Shown here: piece after piece, positions 39,258 through 48,694 of the stretch | Position numbering within the stretch: the first letter of the stretch is position 1 | How the letters are laid out: every line of letters starts with the position of its first letter | Position numbers and translations under genes: made by a program | DNA from: Candidatus Daviesbacteria bacterium | GTDB lineage: Bacteria; Patescibacteriota; Microgenomatia; Daviesbacterales; UBA10151 | Direction: 5' to 3' | Length of the DNA: 64,000 nucleotides | Assembly (NCBI GenBank): GCA_016432425.1 | Contig: CP066688.1 | Coordinates: 148,368 to 212,367, forward strand | The notes under the pieces: model-generated | Databases searched by the model: none | Told to the model about the DNA's origin: nothing | The model's input: the letters and a program-made list of their open reading frames with translations, nothing else

Positions 39258-40265
39258 ATGGATCCACAAAATCCCAATAGTACTGACCCAAATAATCCAA
39301 ATATTCCCGCCTCTGGCCCAGGTGCTATCCCTCCTCCGCCTGTTACTCCTGTCCCGGTTCAGCCTGATTTAAGCAGTGCCTTAGGTCCTACTCCTCCACC
39401 AGTAGAACCTATTCCTACCCCAGACTCTAATCAGGTAAATATTCCACCTACTCCACCTACTCCAGACTTCAACCCCACACTTACCTATACCCCTCCTAGT
39501 TGGATGAATCCTTCTGCTACTACTCCTGCTAGTGATCCACTAATTCAAAATCCACTATCTGATGTTAATCCACCCGTACCCGCTCCCTTAGATAATCCCA
39601 TTGCGCCGCCGCCTACCCCTAGCGTTCCTCCGGTTGACCAGCCTATCGCACCCACTGAACCCACTCCAGCCGCTCCTCCACCGGTAGAGCCAATCCCCAC
39701 TTACATCCCTCCAGTCACTCCTATACCAGAAACATCTCCACCACCTCCACCGGCAGAACCTACTCCCGTAGGACCTAATCCCATTACTGAATCTAATTTA
39801 TCTCAAGGCGCACCGGTGGATTTATCTCAATTAATTAGCAATGCTCAACAGCAAGTCCAAACGGAAAATCCTGGTGGAATACCTGCCAGTCCCATCCCTA
39901 CGTCTACTGAGGGAGTTGTCAACGCCACCTCTGGGGTTATTACCGACACTGCTGTTTCTGGTAATGAACAAAGTTCTTCTATGAATAAAGGTTTGCCTAA
40001 ATGGCTAATTGGGGTAGCAGTAGGGCTGCTCATATTGGTTATCGGAGCCTCTGCTTATTTTATTTTAGGAATTGGTCAAAGTAATACCCAAACTTCACTG
40101 CCGGCTACTCAAAATACTGGGCAGTTGTCTACTCCGGCTCCCATCTCTTCACCTCGCAGTGTAGTTGCTCCTTCCTCATCTACTTCCTCTGGCCAACCAA
40201 CTGTGATTACACCACCAGCCACCTCAGCCGCAGATTTAATTAGACAAAGACAACAAGAACAATAA
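39258..40265 (+). CDS. Proline-rich single-TM protein
   Basis: About 240 aa Pro-rich low-complexity region with PPPVEPIPT twice, TM near aa 250-272, Ser/Thr-rich tail; upstream TTGACA (39215) and TACACT (39239). Confidence 0.75.
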   Translation: MDPQNPNSTDPNNPNIPASGPGAIPPPPVTPVPVQPDLSSALGPTPPPVEPIPTPDSNQVNIPPTPPTPDFNPTLTYTPPSWMNPSATTPASDPLIQNPLSDVNPPVPAPLDNPIAPPPTPSVPPVDQPIAPTEPTPAAPPPVEPIPTYIPPVTPIPETSPPPPPAEPTPVGPNPITESNLSQGAPVDLSQLISNAQQQVQTENPGGIPASPIPTSTEGVVNATSGVITDTAVSGNEQSSSMNKGLPKWLIGVAVGLLILVIGASAYFILGIGQSNTQTSLPATQNTGQLSTPAPISSPRSVVAPSSSTSSGQPTVITPPATSAADLIRQRQQEQ

Positions 40266-40276
40266 GTTATGTGCAT

Positions 40277-41542
40277 TTATTTAGGTCGGATTTCAGCAAA
40301 ACCTGTGTATTTTTGTAACACTTCCGGGATTTTGACAGAGCCATCCTCTTGTTGAAAATTTTCTAAAATAGCAATAATCATCCTACCAATAGCAAAAGCG
40401 GTTCCGTTTAATATATGCACAAATTTTTTCTCTGCACCGTCTTGATACTTAATATTAAGTCTTCTGGATTGGAAATCGGTCGTTGTAGAGATAGAATGTG
40501 TCTCCCTATATCTACCTTGAGAAGGAATCCATGTTTCAATATCAATGGTTTCAGCTGAAGGAAAACCTAAATCACTACTGGCTAATTGAACCACCTGATA
40601 AGGGAGACCAAGTGTTTTAACTAACCCTTCTGTAATCGTAAGCATTTTTCTCCTTGCATTTTGATCATCTTCTGGTTTTACAAACTGCACCATTTCTACT
40701 TTATCAAATTGATGTACTCTAAGTATCCCTCTCGTATCTTTACCATAAGAACCAGCTTCTCTTCTAAAACACGTTGAAAATGCAGCATATCTTTTTGGTA
40801 ATTCGTCTTTTTCTAAAGTTTCATCCATATGCATAGGCACAATCGAATGTTCTCCAGTTCCAATTAAATAAAGATCTAGAGGTTGGCCCTTTTCATCTCC
40901 CTCTAACTCAAAATCCCTAACAAAATAATAGTTTTCATTACCTCCACCGTGCCAATATCCTAAACCTTCAGTAATGTCTTTCTTAATTAATACGGGGGGT
41001 ATTACTGGTGTAAAACCTTCTTTTACTAAAGCTTCCATTGCATACTGAACTAAAGCTAATTCTAAAATTACTCCTTCATTTTTAAGATAAGAAAATCTGG
41101 TACCAGATATTTTTGTGGCTCTAGATATATCAATAATATCTAAAAGCTCTCCTAACTCCACATGATCTTTAGGAGTGGCGATTTCAGGGGTAATTCCTAT
41201 TTGTCTTAAAACCTTATTTTTAGTTTCATCTCCCTGAGGAACATCTTCAAGAGGAATATTCGGTATTTGCAGCTCAGTTTTTCTATAAGCCTCCCACGCT
41301 TTAAAATTTTCTTCTTCAGCCTTTTTAATTTTATCCTTTAGAACTCTTCCTTCTTCAGATAATTCTTTTCTTTTTGCTATTTCATTTCTCTTGTGTCTAA
41401 GCTCATCATATATCTTTAATTTCTCAGTCCAGATACTATAATATTTCAAAAGTTGATCTACTAAAGTAGGATCTACACCTTTTGATTCTACTCCTTTTTT
41501 TACTTTCTCTGGGTTATTTCTAACAAAATTAATGTCCAACAT
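40277..41542 (-). CDS. serS: Serine--tRNA ligase
   Basis: MLDINFVR, CFRREAGSYGKDTRGILRVHQF, LNGTAFA. Confidence 0.97.
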   Translation of the reverse strand: MLDINFVRNNPEKVKKGVESKGVDPTLVDQLLKYYSIWTEKLKIYDELRHKRNEIAKRKELSEEGRVLKDKIKKAEEENFKAWEAYRKTELQIPNIPLEDVPQGDETKNKVLRQIGITPEIATPKDHVELGELLDIIDISRATKISGTRFSYLKNEGVILELALVQYAMEALVKEGFTPVIPPVLIKKDITEGLGYWHGGGNENYYFVRDFELEGDEKGQPLDLYLIGTGEHSIVPMHMDETLEKDELPKRYAAFSTCFRREAGSYGKDTRGILRVHQFDKVEMVQFVKPEDDQNARRKMLTITEGLVKTLGLPYQVVQLASSDLGFPSAETIDIETWIPSQGRYRETHSISTTTDFQSRRLNIKYQDGAEKKFVHILNGTAFAIGRMIIAILENFQQEDGSVKIPEVLQKYTGFAEIRPK

Positions 41543-41545
41543 AAC

Positions 41546-42136
41546 TTACAATCCTAGTTCAGATGATATACCTTGCATAGCCTTTAAAGCAATGTCGACA
41601 AATTCTTCCAGGGGGATATTTAACTCTTTCTCACAAGTTTTAATTTGCTCCCGATTTGCTCCAGCAGCAAAAGATTTCTGAGGAAATTTTTTCATGATTG
41701 AGGTCACTGTTACGGAGGACAATTTCCTATCAGGCATAACTAATGCTACCGCAGTGATTAACCCAGCAAGTTCATCAGTAGCATAAATCGCTTTTTCCAT
41801 TAAATTTTCTCTAGTGGGCTTTACTCCTTCGTGATGAGCTTTTATTCCATTAATAACTCTCTCAGATATCCCACCCATCTGTCTTAACTTTTCCTCAGTT
41901 ACCAAGGTATGCCTCTGTGGATCTTTTTCCACCAGCTCATAATCGCCGTCGTGAAGTAAACCTACGATAGCCCACTCTTCTTCATTAAACTCTGTTTCAT
42001 TTTGTTTACGATCGTGAACATTTTGAAAATATCTACACAATTCCCTCATTATTGCTTCCACTGCCAAACCATGTCTTTGTAAATTCTTGCTTCTGAGCAT
42101 CTCAATCATTAAATTGTAGGCCTCATGTCTGGTCAT
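41546..42136 (-). CDS. HD-superfamily phosphohydrolase
   Basis: RHGLAVEA, GLLHDGDYE, IKAHH, ATDELAG, KSFAAG. Confidence 0.85.
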   Translation of the reverse strand: MTRHEAYNLMIEMLRSKNLQRHGLAVEAIMRELCRYFQNVHDRKQNETEFNEEEWAIVGLLHDGDYELVEKDPQRHTLVTEEKLRQMGGISERVINGIKAHHEGVKPTRENLMEKAIYATDELAGLITAVALVMPDRKLSSVTVTSIMKKFPQKSFAAGANREQIKTCEKELNIPLEEFVDIALKAMQGISSELGL

Positions 42137-43611
42137 TAATTTTTTACCTTTATTCTAAGTGGTTTTTTCTCTGGACGGAGCATCGGAAAAGCAATTACAT
42201 CCGCAATGGCAGGGGAGTCAGTTAACACCATCACCCACCGATCCAGCCCCGGACCGATCCCGGAGGTGGGCGGCATGCCATATTCCAGTGCTTCCAAAAA
42301 ATCTTTATCTAATTTTTGAGCTTCTGGGTTACCCTTTTTTTGTTTTTTCCGCTCAGCCAGCCAAGCCTCTTTTAGAACCTGCGGATCATTTTGCTCGCTA
42401 TAATTAGTCCCCATCTCCATTCCCGCCACATAAATATCGAAGCTTTCCACAAATTTGGGATCATCTTCTTTTCTTTTAGCTAAAGGGTAAAAATCAGCCG
42501 GGTAATCGTAGATAAAAGTTGGCTGGATCAGCTGATCTGTACATTTTTTTTCAAAAATTTCCAGGAGAATTTCTCCATCCGTCATGTAATCATGAATTTC
42601 TACTCCCAATTTTTTGGCCAAAGTAGTGGCTTTTTCCAAAGTATCAATTTCACGAAAATGCACTCCGGTGTGTTTTTTAAACAAATCAGTTAATTTAATT
42701 CTGGCCCAAGGTCTTTTAAAATCCAAATCTTTTCCCTGGTAAGAAATTTTTAATCTTCCCAGCACTTGTTTGATCACATATTCAAACATCTCTTCCACCA
42801 AGTTCATGTTGTCCTCATAGTCGGCATAAGCCTCCATAGTTTCCAACATGGTAAACTCCGGGTTATGATTGCGATCCATACCTTCATTGCGAAAAGTGTG
42901 GCCTATTTCAAAAACCTTTTCCATTCCTCCCACAATTAATTTCTTAAGATACAGCTCATTAGAAATCCGCAAATATAAATTCATGTCTAAACTGTTGTGA
43001 TGAGTTTTAAAAGGCCGAGCTCGGGTTCCACCATAAATTGGCTGCAAAACAGGATTTTCTATTTCCACGTAACCTTTTTTATTAATGAGAAAATTTCGAA
43101 TGGCAGCAGTAATTTGGGAACGGGTTTCCATAATTTTCCGTACCTGTGGATTCATAATCATATCCACATAGCGGCGGCGATAGCGTTCCTCCACATCTTT
43201 CAGCCCATACCAAAAGGAAGGCAGGGGACGCATAGATTTAGAGAGAATTGTAAAATCAGAAATGGCTACCGTCGTCTCACCTGCTTGGGTTTTGATTATT
43301 TCCCCCGAGGCGCCAATAAAATCACCTAAATCTAAATTCACCAGTAAATCATATTTATCACCCGAGATGCCGTCTTGGCGAAACAGTAATTGGATTTTAC
43401 CGCTGGCATCTTCAATATCAGCAAAGCTAATTTTGCCATGGGGCCGCAGAGACCGTAGTCTCCCTGCCACTGTCACTTTTTTGTTCATTAATTTTAATGC
43501 CTCAGCAACAGTATGTTTGCGCAGGAATTTAGCAGGATAAGGATTCAACCCCAATTTTTTTAAGTTTTTAAGTTTTTTAATTCTTTCTTTTTGCAAGCTT
43601 TGCAGTGCCAT
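42136..43611 (-). CDS. lysS: Lysine--tRNA ligase (class II)
   Basis: YRRRYVD, LRISNELYLK, FRNEG, HNPEFT, ALEYGMPPTSG. Confidence 0.97.
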   Translation of the reverse strand: MALQSLQKERIKKLKNLKKLGLNPYPAKFLRKHTVAEALKLMNKKVTVAGRLRSLRPHGKISFADIEDASGKIQLLFRQDGISGDKYDLLVNLDLGDFIGASGEIIKTQAGETTVAISDFTILSKSMRPLPSFWYGLKDVEERYRRRYVDMIMNPQVRKIMETRSQITAAIRNFLINKKGYVEIENPVLQPIYGGTRARPFKTHHNSLDMNLYLRISNELYLKKLIVGGMEKVFEIGHTFRNEGMDRNHNPEFTMLETMEAYADYEDNMNLVEEMFEYVIKQVLGRLKISYQGKDLDFKRPWARIKLTDLFKKHTGVHFREIDTLEKATTLAKKLGVEIHDYMTDGEILLEIFEKKCTDQLIQPTFIYDYPADFYPLAKRKEDDPKFVESFDIYVAGMEMGTNYSEQNDPQVLKEAWLAERKKQKKGNPEAQKLDKDFLEALEYGMPPTSGIGPGLDRWVMVLTDSPAIADVIAFPMLRPEKKPLRIKVKN

Positions 43612-43654
43612 ACGAGCTTAAGTATACCTGGAGAAAGTTTTTTTGACAATTAGA

Positions 43655-44878
43655 CTAAGCTGTTTTTTGTTGTTCTATAAAAGAGGCCAATTCAGAATAA
43701 CCAGGTTGATGGTTATAAGCATAAGTAATAACTCTCCTTCTCTGCTCATCAGTCATATCCTCAGCCTCTTTTCTTAATTCATGAGAGCCACTGTAGCTGT
43801 AATAATAACTTCTATAACGAGGATCATCTCTTCTTAAGGGTATAAATTCTGAAACAATCTTTTCTGGCGGTTGGCCTGGGAGATAATCGAGTGTATAGGC
43901 CTTGATCCATTCATCACTATATCCATCAGCATTGGCAAAAATTAAAGCATTTCTATTTAACACCATATCCCGCAGCACACCATATTCTAGAGCAAACCTC
44001 CCATAAGGAGACATTCTCTCTAGAATCTCTGGAACAAAAAATGGCATCGCTTGGGCCATACTTTCATTAGGCATTTGTTCTATGCCAGGAATAGTAGTAA
44101 TAGCATAATCTCTAGATAAAACACCGCTTCTAATATTTTCCCTCAGGCAAAGGGCTTGTACTAAATGATAAACCAATTCATGTGCTTCCAAAGGTTCTTC
44201 TAACCCCATAAAATATCTAAATCTATTTCTGGGATGGAAGTTTATTTCATGGCTAAACCGATCGGGACCACCAATAATTCTACTGATCCATGGCCGATTT
44301 CGACGAACTACTCTAGTGTCAAAATCTAAAGGCAAGTCAGACCTATTGATAGTCTCGAGTACTATCGGGATAACTCTTTGCTCTGCATCTAACACTGCGG
44401 CTTTTGTTTTCTCTCTTGTGGGAGGTTCCGCTTCCTGATAACGGCGCCAACCAGCTTCATTAAAAGCAAAGCCTAAATTAGAAAATAAACCGACCACCCT
44501 ATCTCTCTGTTCACGAATTTCGCTATCAGGGATAGCTGCAGGAGTAACACCTAAAGTTCTAGAAAGATAAACACCCAGCGACTCTCTTTTCCCTAATACT
44601 GCTTCACTAAAAGCTAACAGCCCGTCACATCTTTGAGCATGTTTTACTCCGGCAGAATTTGGCGGAGTTCTGGCAATATGGTCCTCTAACCAATTCTTAA
44701 CACTTTCTCTGTCGGGAAAATTATCTTCTTCCCCAGGCTCGATCTCAAGTAATTTCAAATCTACAACCTGATTACCATTTCTCAAAGTATCCTCCAGACG
44801 TTGCCAAGCTACCATCCTGCGCAGGAATTCATCACTTAACTCTGTATCTAATTTAGACTCTGATTCCATCACCATCAT
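43655..44878 (-). CDS. Hypothetical protein with zincin-like HExxxH motif (DUF885-like, tentative)
   Basis: AHELVYH followed by downstream NESMA and YYYSYSG. Confidence 0.5.
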   Translation of the reverse strand: MMVMESESKLDTELSDEFLRRMVAWQRLEDTLRNGNQVVDLKLLEIEPGEEDNFPDRESVKNWLEDHIARTPPNSAGVKHAQRCDGLLAFSEAVLGKRESLGVYLSRTLGVTPAAIPDSEIREQRDRVVGLFSNLGFAFNEAGWRRYQEAEPPTREKTKAAVLDAEQRVIPIVLETINRSDLPLDFDTRVVRRNRPWISRIIGGPDRFSHEINFHPRNRFRYFMGLEEPLEAHELVYHLVQALCLRENIRSGVLSRDYAITTIPGIEQMPNESMAQAMPFFVPEILERMSPYGRFALEYGVLRDMVLNRNALIFANADGYSDEWIKAYTLDYLPGQPPEKIVSEFIPLRRDDPRYRSYYYSYSGSHELRKEAEDMTDEQRRRVITYAYNHQPGYSELASFIEQQKTA

Positions 44879-44896
44879 AGATATTTAAGGTTTGTA

Positions 44897-46231
44897 TTAT
44901 CGGGTAAAATTAGGTAATTTGTCAAGGTTACCATATCTGCTGATAAAAATCTCTGCATCTTCCCTGTTTCCTTGATAGAGCATTCTTTCTAAAACTGAGG
45001 CTAACTCATCCAGCGACATAAATATTTTCATGAAATTGGGCCAGGAAACTCCATCGTCCAACCTAATGGCTCCACTTTCACTTAGATAATTAATTAAAAT
45101 CGCTGCCCCCAGGATATAATGCATCCTAGCCGTATTACTTTTTCCTTGGGTCACCAGATAAAAACTCCGAGCTAAATGCGCCAACATAATAGCCTCTAGT
45201 TGTTTTTGGCTCATGATATCTTTAAGTATCAGTGGTCCACACACTTTCATACCCATCACTGAAGCACTAAGCTCATCAATAACCGGGAATAAATCTTTTA
45301 AATTTTTTTCAGAATTGCGGTAACGCAGATAGGTATGAGCCAATTCGTGTAAAATCACCCCATACAGACAACCGTCTTCCAATTCTCGAGGAGAAAATTC
45401 TTTTTTAAAAGCTGGAGAAAAAAATTTATTAAAAAGAGGCAACACTTCCTCTTTGACCCGTTGATGATTAGCTTGTCTAAAAACAGTAATTTCTGAACCA
45501 TATTTTTCCATCAACAGGGGATCATTGGGTAAATTAATCCCCACGGGCAAAGTTCTAGCGATTCGCCCGCTATAAATAATAGCGTTATCAACTCGGGTTT
45601 GAACTTTATCATAATAATCTACTTTTTCTGAAGGCATGATAATTTTGCGACGAGAGGCGAGGATAATGGGCCGATATCTATTGAAAATATCAGTATAATC
45701 TTTATCCATCACTCCTACCCAAGCCTGATAGGCAGTTTTAACGAAAAATATTCTGTCATCATACCTTTCAATGGGGCCAATTACGATATTAAATTTATAG
45801 GGCTTAGCACCCATCCAATAAATATCTGCCTCTTTATAGTTACCGTTGAGTAAAGCTTGAGCTTGTTTTTCTAACCCTTTACCGAATTCACTGTTTTCAG
45901 TTAATTTTGCTGCCTGTTGTAATTTTGCGACCACAGGTTTTAACAGCTTAGCGTATTTAACATGATAGGGAGTAGCTACCAGCTTTCCACCCTTTTTCTC
46001 AACTATCGTATAAGGCGATAATATCTCCGAATCAGTTTTGTTAGCTTTTTCTACCTCTTCTCTACTGATATTTTTGGGGTAGAAATTTGCCCCTGGCTGG
46101 TTACGGTTTTCCTGCAACTCATATATAGGTACAATTAATTTAGCTGCCTCTATTAAAAGCTTTAGAACTTGCTTTTCGTTAACATCCAGTTTGGGTAGCT
46201 TAGTTTTAAATATTACTAAAGGTTTTGCCAT
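44897..46231 (-). CDS. Zn-dependent peptidase, M49/dipeptidyl-peptidase-III-like
   Basis: GANFYP, IGPIERYDD, INLPND, LHELAH, IDELSA. Confidence 0.7.
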   Translation of the reverse strand: MAKPLVIFKTKLPKLDVNEKQVLKLLIEAAKLIVPIYELQENRNQPGANFYPKNISREEVEKANKTDSEILSPYTIVEKKGGKLVATPYHVKYAKLLKPVVAKLQQAAKLTENSEFGKGLEKQAQALLNGNYKEADIYWMGAKPYKFNIVIGPIERYDDRIFFVKTAYQAWVGVMDKDYTDIFNRYRPIILASRRKIIMPSEKVDYYDKVQTRVDNAIIYSGRIARTLPVGINLPNDPLLMEKYGSEITVFRQANHQRVKEEVLPLFNKFFSPAFKKEFSPRELEDGCLYGVILHELAHTYLRYRNSEKNLKDLFPVIDELSASVMGMKVCGPLILKDIMSQKQLEAIMLAHLARSFYLVTQGKSNTARMHYILGAAILINYLSESGAIRLDDGVSWPNFMKIFMSLDELASVLERMLYQGNREDAEIFISRYGNLDKLPNFTR

Positions 46232-46713
46232 TATTTAATCTCCAATACTTTACACCTGTATCTCACTATGGGAGTAGCCACCTCTATTGTCTCCCCTACT
46301 TTTGCCCCCAGTAGCGCTCCCCCCATAGGGGACTCATTAGAAATTTTCTTTTTCGAAGGGTCAGCTTCCATTTTACCCACAATGGTAAACTCATCTACTT
46401 GCCCATCTAGTTCAATAGCAACTGTAGAACCAATTACCACAAAATCACTGTTAGTTTTTTCCTCTTTAATGATTTGAACATTTTTTAACAGTCCTTCCAG
46501 TTCGGCAATCCTGCTTTCAGTTAAATTATGCTCTTCTAAGGCAGAGTCATATTCAGAATTTTCTGACAGATCACCAAATTCCCGGGCTCGCTGGATTCGC
46601 TCAGTTACTTCTTTCCTTTTAATTTTCCTTAAATAATCCAATTCGGATTCTGCCTCTTGTAGACCTTTGGAGGTGAAATAATTTTTTTTCTGTCTAATAA
46701 TTTTACTAGCCAT
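46231..46713 (-). CDS. greA: Transcription elongation factor GreA (start probably MASK at 46713)
   Basis: AREFGDLSENSEYDSA, ISNESPMGGALLG. Confidence 0.95.
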   Translation of the reverse strand: MASKIIRQKKNYFTSKGLQEAESELDYLRKIKRKEVTERIQRAREFGDLSENSEYDSALEEHNLTESRIAELEGLLKNVQIIKEEKTNSDFVVIGSTVAIELDGQVDEFTIVGKMEADPSKKKISNESPMGGALLGAKVGETIEVATPIVRYRCKVLEIK

Positions 46714-46822
46714 TTTTTTCTCTGGCAGCCATTTGCAAAATTTTAATTTCTTTTGCAAGGAAAGTCAATTATATACTTGTGCTACCTAAAAGTCTATGGA
46801 TTTAGTATAATTTCCTCATCAA

Positions 46823-46896
46823 GCCGCGTTCGTCTAGTGGCCTAGGACATCGGATTCTCATTCCGAAAATCAGGGGTTCAAATCCCCTACGCGGTA
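46823..46896 (+). tRNA. tRNA-Glu(CTC)
   Basis: Acceptor GCCGCGT/ACGCGGT, anticodon arm TCGGA-TT-CTC-AT-TCCGA, T arm AGGGG-TTCAAAT-CCCCT; TATAAT upstream at 46806. Confidence 0.95.
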
Positions 46897-46905
46897 CCGA
46901 GCGAT

Positions 46906-46949
46906 CCTACAAATTTAACCTGCAAACCTGCACTCCTGGAGTGAAATCG
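46906..46949 (+). repeat. 44-bp direct repeat, copy 1, containing REP-like core CACTCCTGGAGTG (46931-46943)
   Basis: cctacaaatttaacctgcaaacctgcactcctggagtgaaatcg. Confidence 0.9.
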
Positions 46950-47184
46950 TTTAAGAACAGAAAGAGACCGACTAATCAATTACTTGAGTGAAAGTCAAAG
47001 ATATAAATAACTAGAAGTTTCTTGAAGATGGGTTCCCTTTCCCAGAGCAGAGAATAAACGCACTTCCAGGATAGTAAAAACGACCTCCTTTAACGGTTAT
47101 TTCTGCAGAGGGGAGGCCACCATACCCCATAGGTATTGACTTTATGAGTCTAATGCATATAATTTAACAATCTGCCTAATAAAT

Positions 47185-47949
47185 ATGGCTACTGAAGGTC
47201 AACCAACACCAATTCCAAATTTAATTATTGCCCATGTCAACGAAAATCTTTTATTAACCCATGTTAGGACTGTTTCAGATCCTAAGTCTTTACTAGATCG
47301 AAACACCATACATGGAGATCCCTATTTACATAACGTTAAACTTTTCGCAGCCTTTAAAGAACCAGAATATGATCCTGCTAAGATGACTGCTGCTTTAAAT
47401 GAATTAATCACAGCACTAAGATCTTATGAATTTAAAGGAAGTGCTATGGGAAGTAGAATAGATCGTTTTTGGCATGGGGCTGGCAATTTAGTTCCTGGAG
47501 TATTATTTCTTCACGAGCCAATGGGTATAAGAGTAGAAACAAGTACTTGGAGTTTTAAACCCAACAATGAATATGCCAGAGGAGTTATGGCTCAAGCAGG
47601 AATGGAAGAGGGACAAGAGCATACAAAAGTTGAAGAAAAACCTATGTGGAGACAGGTTTCTACTACTATTCTCCCTTCGATCCCCTTAGCAAACTTAGCT
47701 GCAACTAATGAAGAAATGAGTAATATTCCAAAACAGGAGGACAGACCATTTCCTGTTAAAAATTCCTTATATGCGTATCATGGGGTATTAAGCCTGGGAG
47801 ACCTTGAGAAGCTTAAACAAGATCCAACTTATGTACAGGAGATGGCTGATAAAGCATTAGTGGGTTACAGAGTTCCAGGAATAACTAGAAGACCAGGAAG
47901 AATTGAAAGAATAGCTCAAACTTTTGGTTTTCTGCCTTCTCAAGGTTAA
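47185..47949 (+). CDS. Hypothetical protein (islet cargo)
   Basis: 254-aa ORF with promoter TTGACT (47136)-16 nt-TATAAT (47158); no recognised motif. Confidence 0.65.
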   Translation: MATEGQPTPIPNLIIAHVNENLLLTHVRTVSDPKSLLDRNTIHGDPYLHNVKLFAAFKEPEYDPAKMTAALNELITALRSYEFKGSAMGSRIDRFWHGAGNLVPGVLFLHEPMGIRVETSTWSFKPNNEYARGVMAQAGMEEGQEHTKVEEKPMWRQVSTTILPSIPLANLAATNEEMSNIPKQEDRPFPVKNSLYAYHGVLSLGDLEKLKQDPTYVQEMADKALVGYRVPGITRRPGRIERIAQTFGFLPSQG

Positions 47950-48353
47950 CTCTTTTTAGCTTCTTTAATTTTATCAGTTATTTCTTTTTTTGAATATTCC
48001 TTATCTATTCTGAAAAAGATTGTGTAACTTTTCTTCTTTAATGGATTTGGATAAATAAAAATACAGACTTCAGGGATATAACCTCCATTTTTAATCTTTT
48101 TAGATTTATGCCATTTGTAGAGTCTTATCAGTAATTTCTCAATTTGGCTAGCTAGAAGGCTAGAAAATACTCCTAACCAGAATTCCTTCATGGTTAGCCA
48201 AGCCACTACAATTTCCTTTATCTCAGCTTCGCCGCCCCCACCCATTTGACCAGCTTTATATTTAAAACCTAGCTTTTCTAGTTCTTGAGCAAGAGAAGAA
48301 GAGGCAGGCTTATTATAGATATAAGGGTCTTCTCTTACAGAGTAGTATTTCAT
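47946..48353 (-). CDS. Hypothetical Lys-rich protein (islet cargo)
   Basis: 135-aa ORF, TATAAT 7 nt before ATG, convergent with 47185..47949. Confidence 0.6.
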   Translation of the reverse strand: MKYYSVREDPYIYNKPASSSLAQELEKLGFKYKAGQMGGGGEAEIKEIVVAWLTMKEFWLGVFSSLLASQIEKLLIRLYKWHKSKKIKNGGYIPEVCIFIYPNPLKKKSYTIFFRIDKEYSKKEITDKIKEAKKS

Positions 48354-48544
48354 TGATTGTATTATAATGGTTTTAATCTCTAATGGTAGTTATACGCCAG
48401 ATTTGGCTTGAAGCTGGAATTGAGGAGATTTGCCCAAGCTTGCAATGAAGCTAGAAGCTGGTTCCAATTCTCAATCATTTGGGGTACCGAGCGATTACAT
48501 TATCACATAATGAGTCTTTTAAGTATTAAATATTTATTTTCCAA

Positions 48545-48613
48545 CCTACAAATTTAACCTGCAAACCTGCACTCCTGGAGTGAAATCGAATTGACAGACC
48601 AGGAGTGCAAGTT
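48545..48613 (+). repeat. 44-bp direct repeat, copy 2, extending into a full REP-like doublet
   Basis: Cores cactcctggagtg (48570-48582) and cagaccaggagtg (48595-48607), 12-nt spacer. Confidence 0.88.
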
Positions 48614-48694
48614 CAGACTGAAATGCACAAATCTAGTTTAGTAATTAGGTTTGGTAATTAGGGATAATATGATATCCGCTCTCTTGTTTATTCA

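Larger units (their letters stand above)
46893..48588. mobile_element. Small integrase-less islet at the tRNA-Glu 3' end, bounded by direct repeats
   Basis: ggtaccgagcgat at 46893-46905 and 48483-48495; 44-bp exact repeat at 46906-46949 and 48545-48588. Confidence 0.65.

Noticed and set aside
42659-42671. tgcactccggtgt in lysS resembling the REP core
   Set aside because: Incomplete match, no partner core at 12 nt, and no sign of a peptide insertion.
46950-47135. Possible ncRNA or small ORF after tRNA-Glu
   Set aside because: No convincing stems or known motif; only a 39-codon minus-strand frame without support.
46906-48613. Repeats as a CRISPR array
   Set aside because: Only two long copies, 1.6 kb apart; no regular repeat-spacer series and no cas genes.
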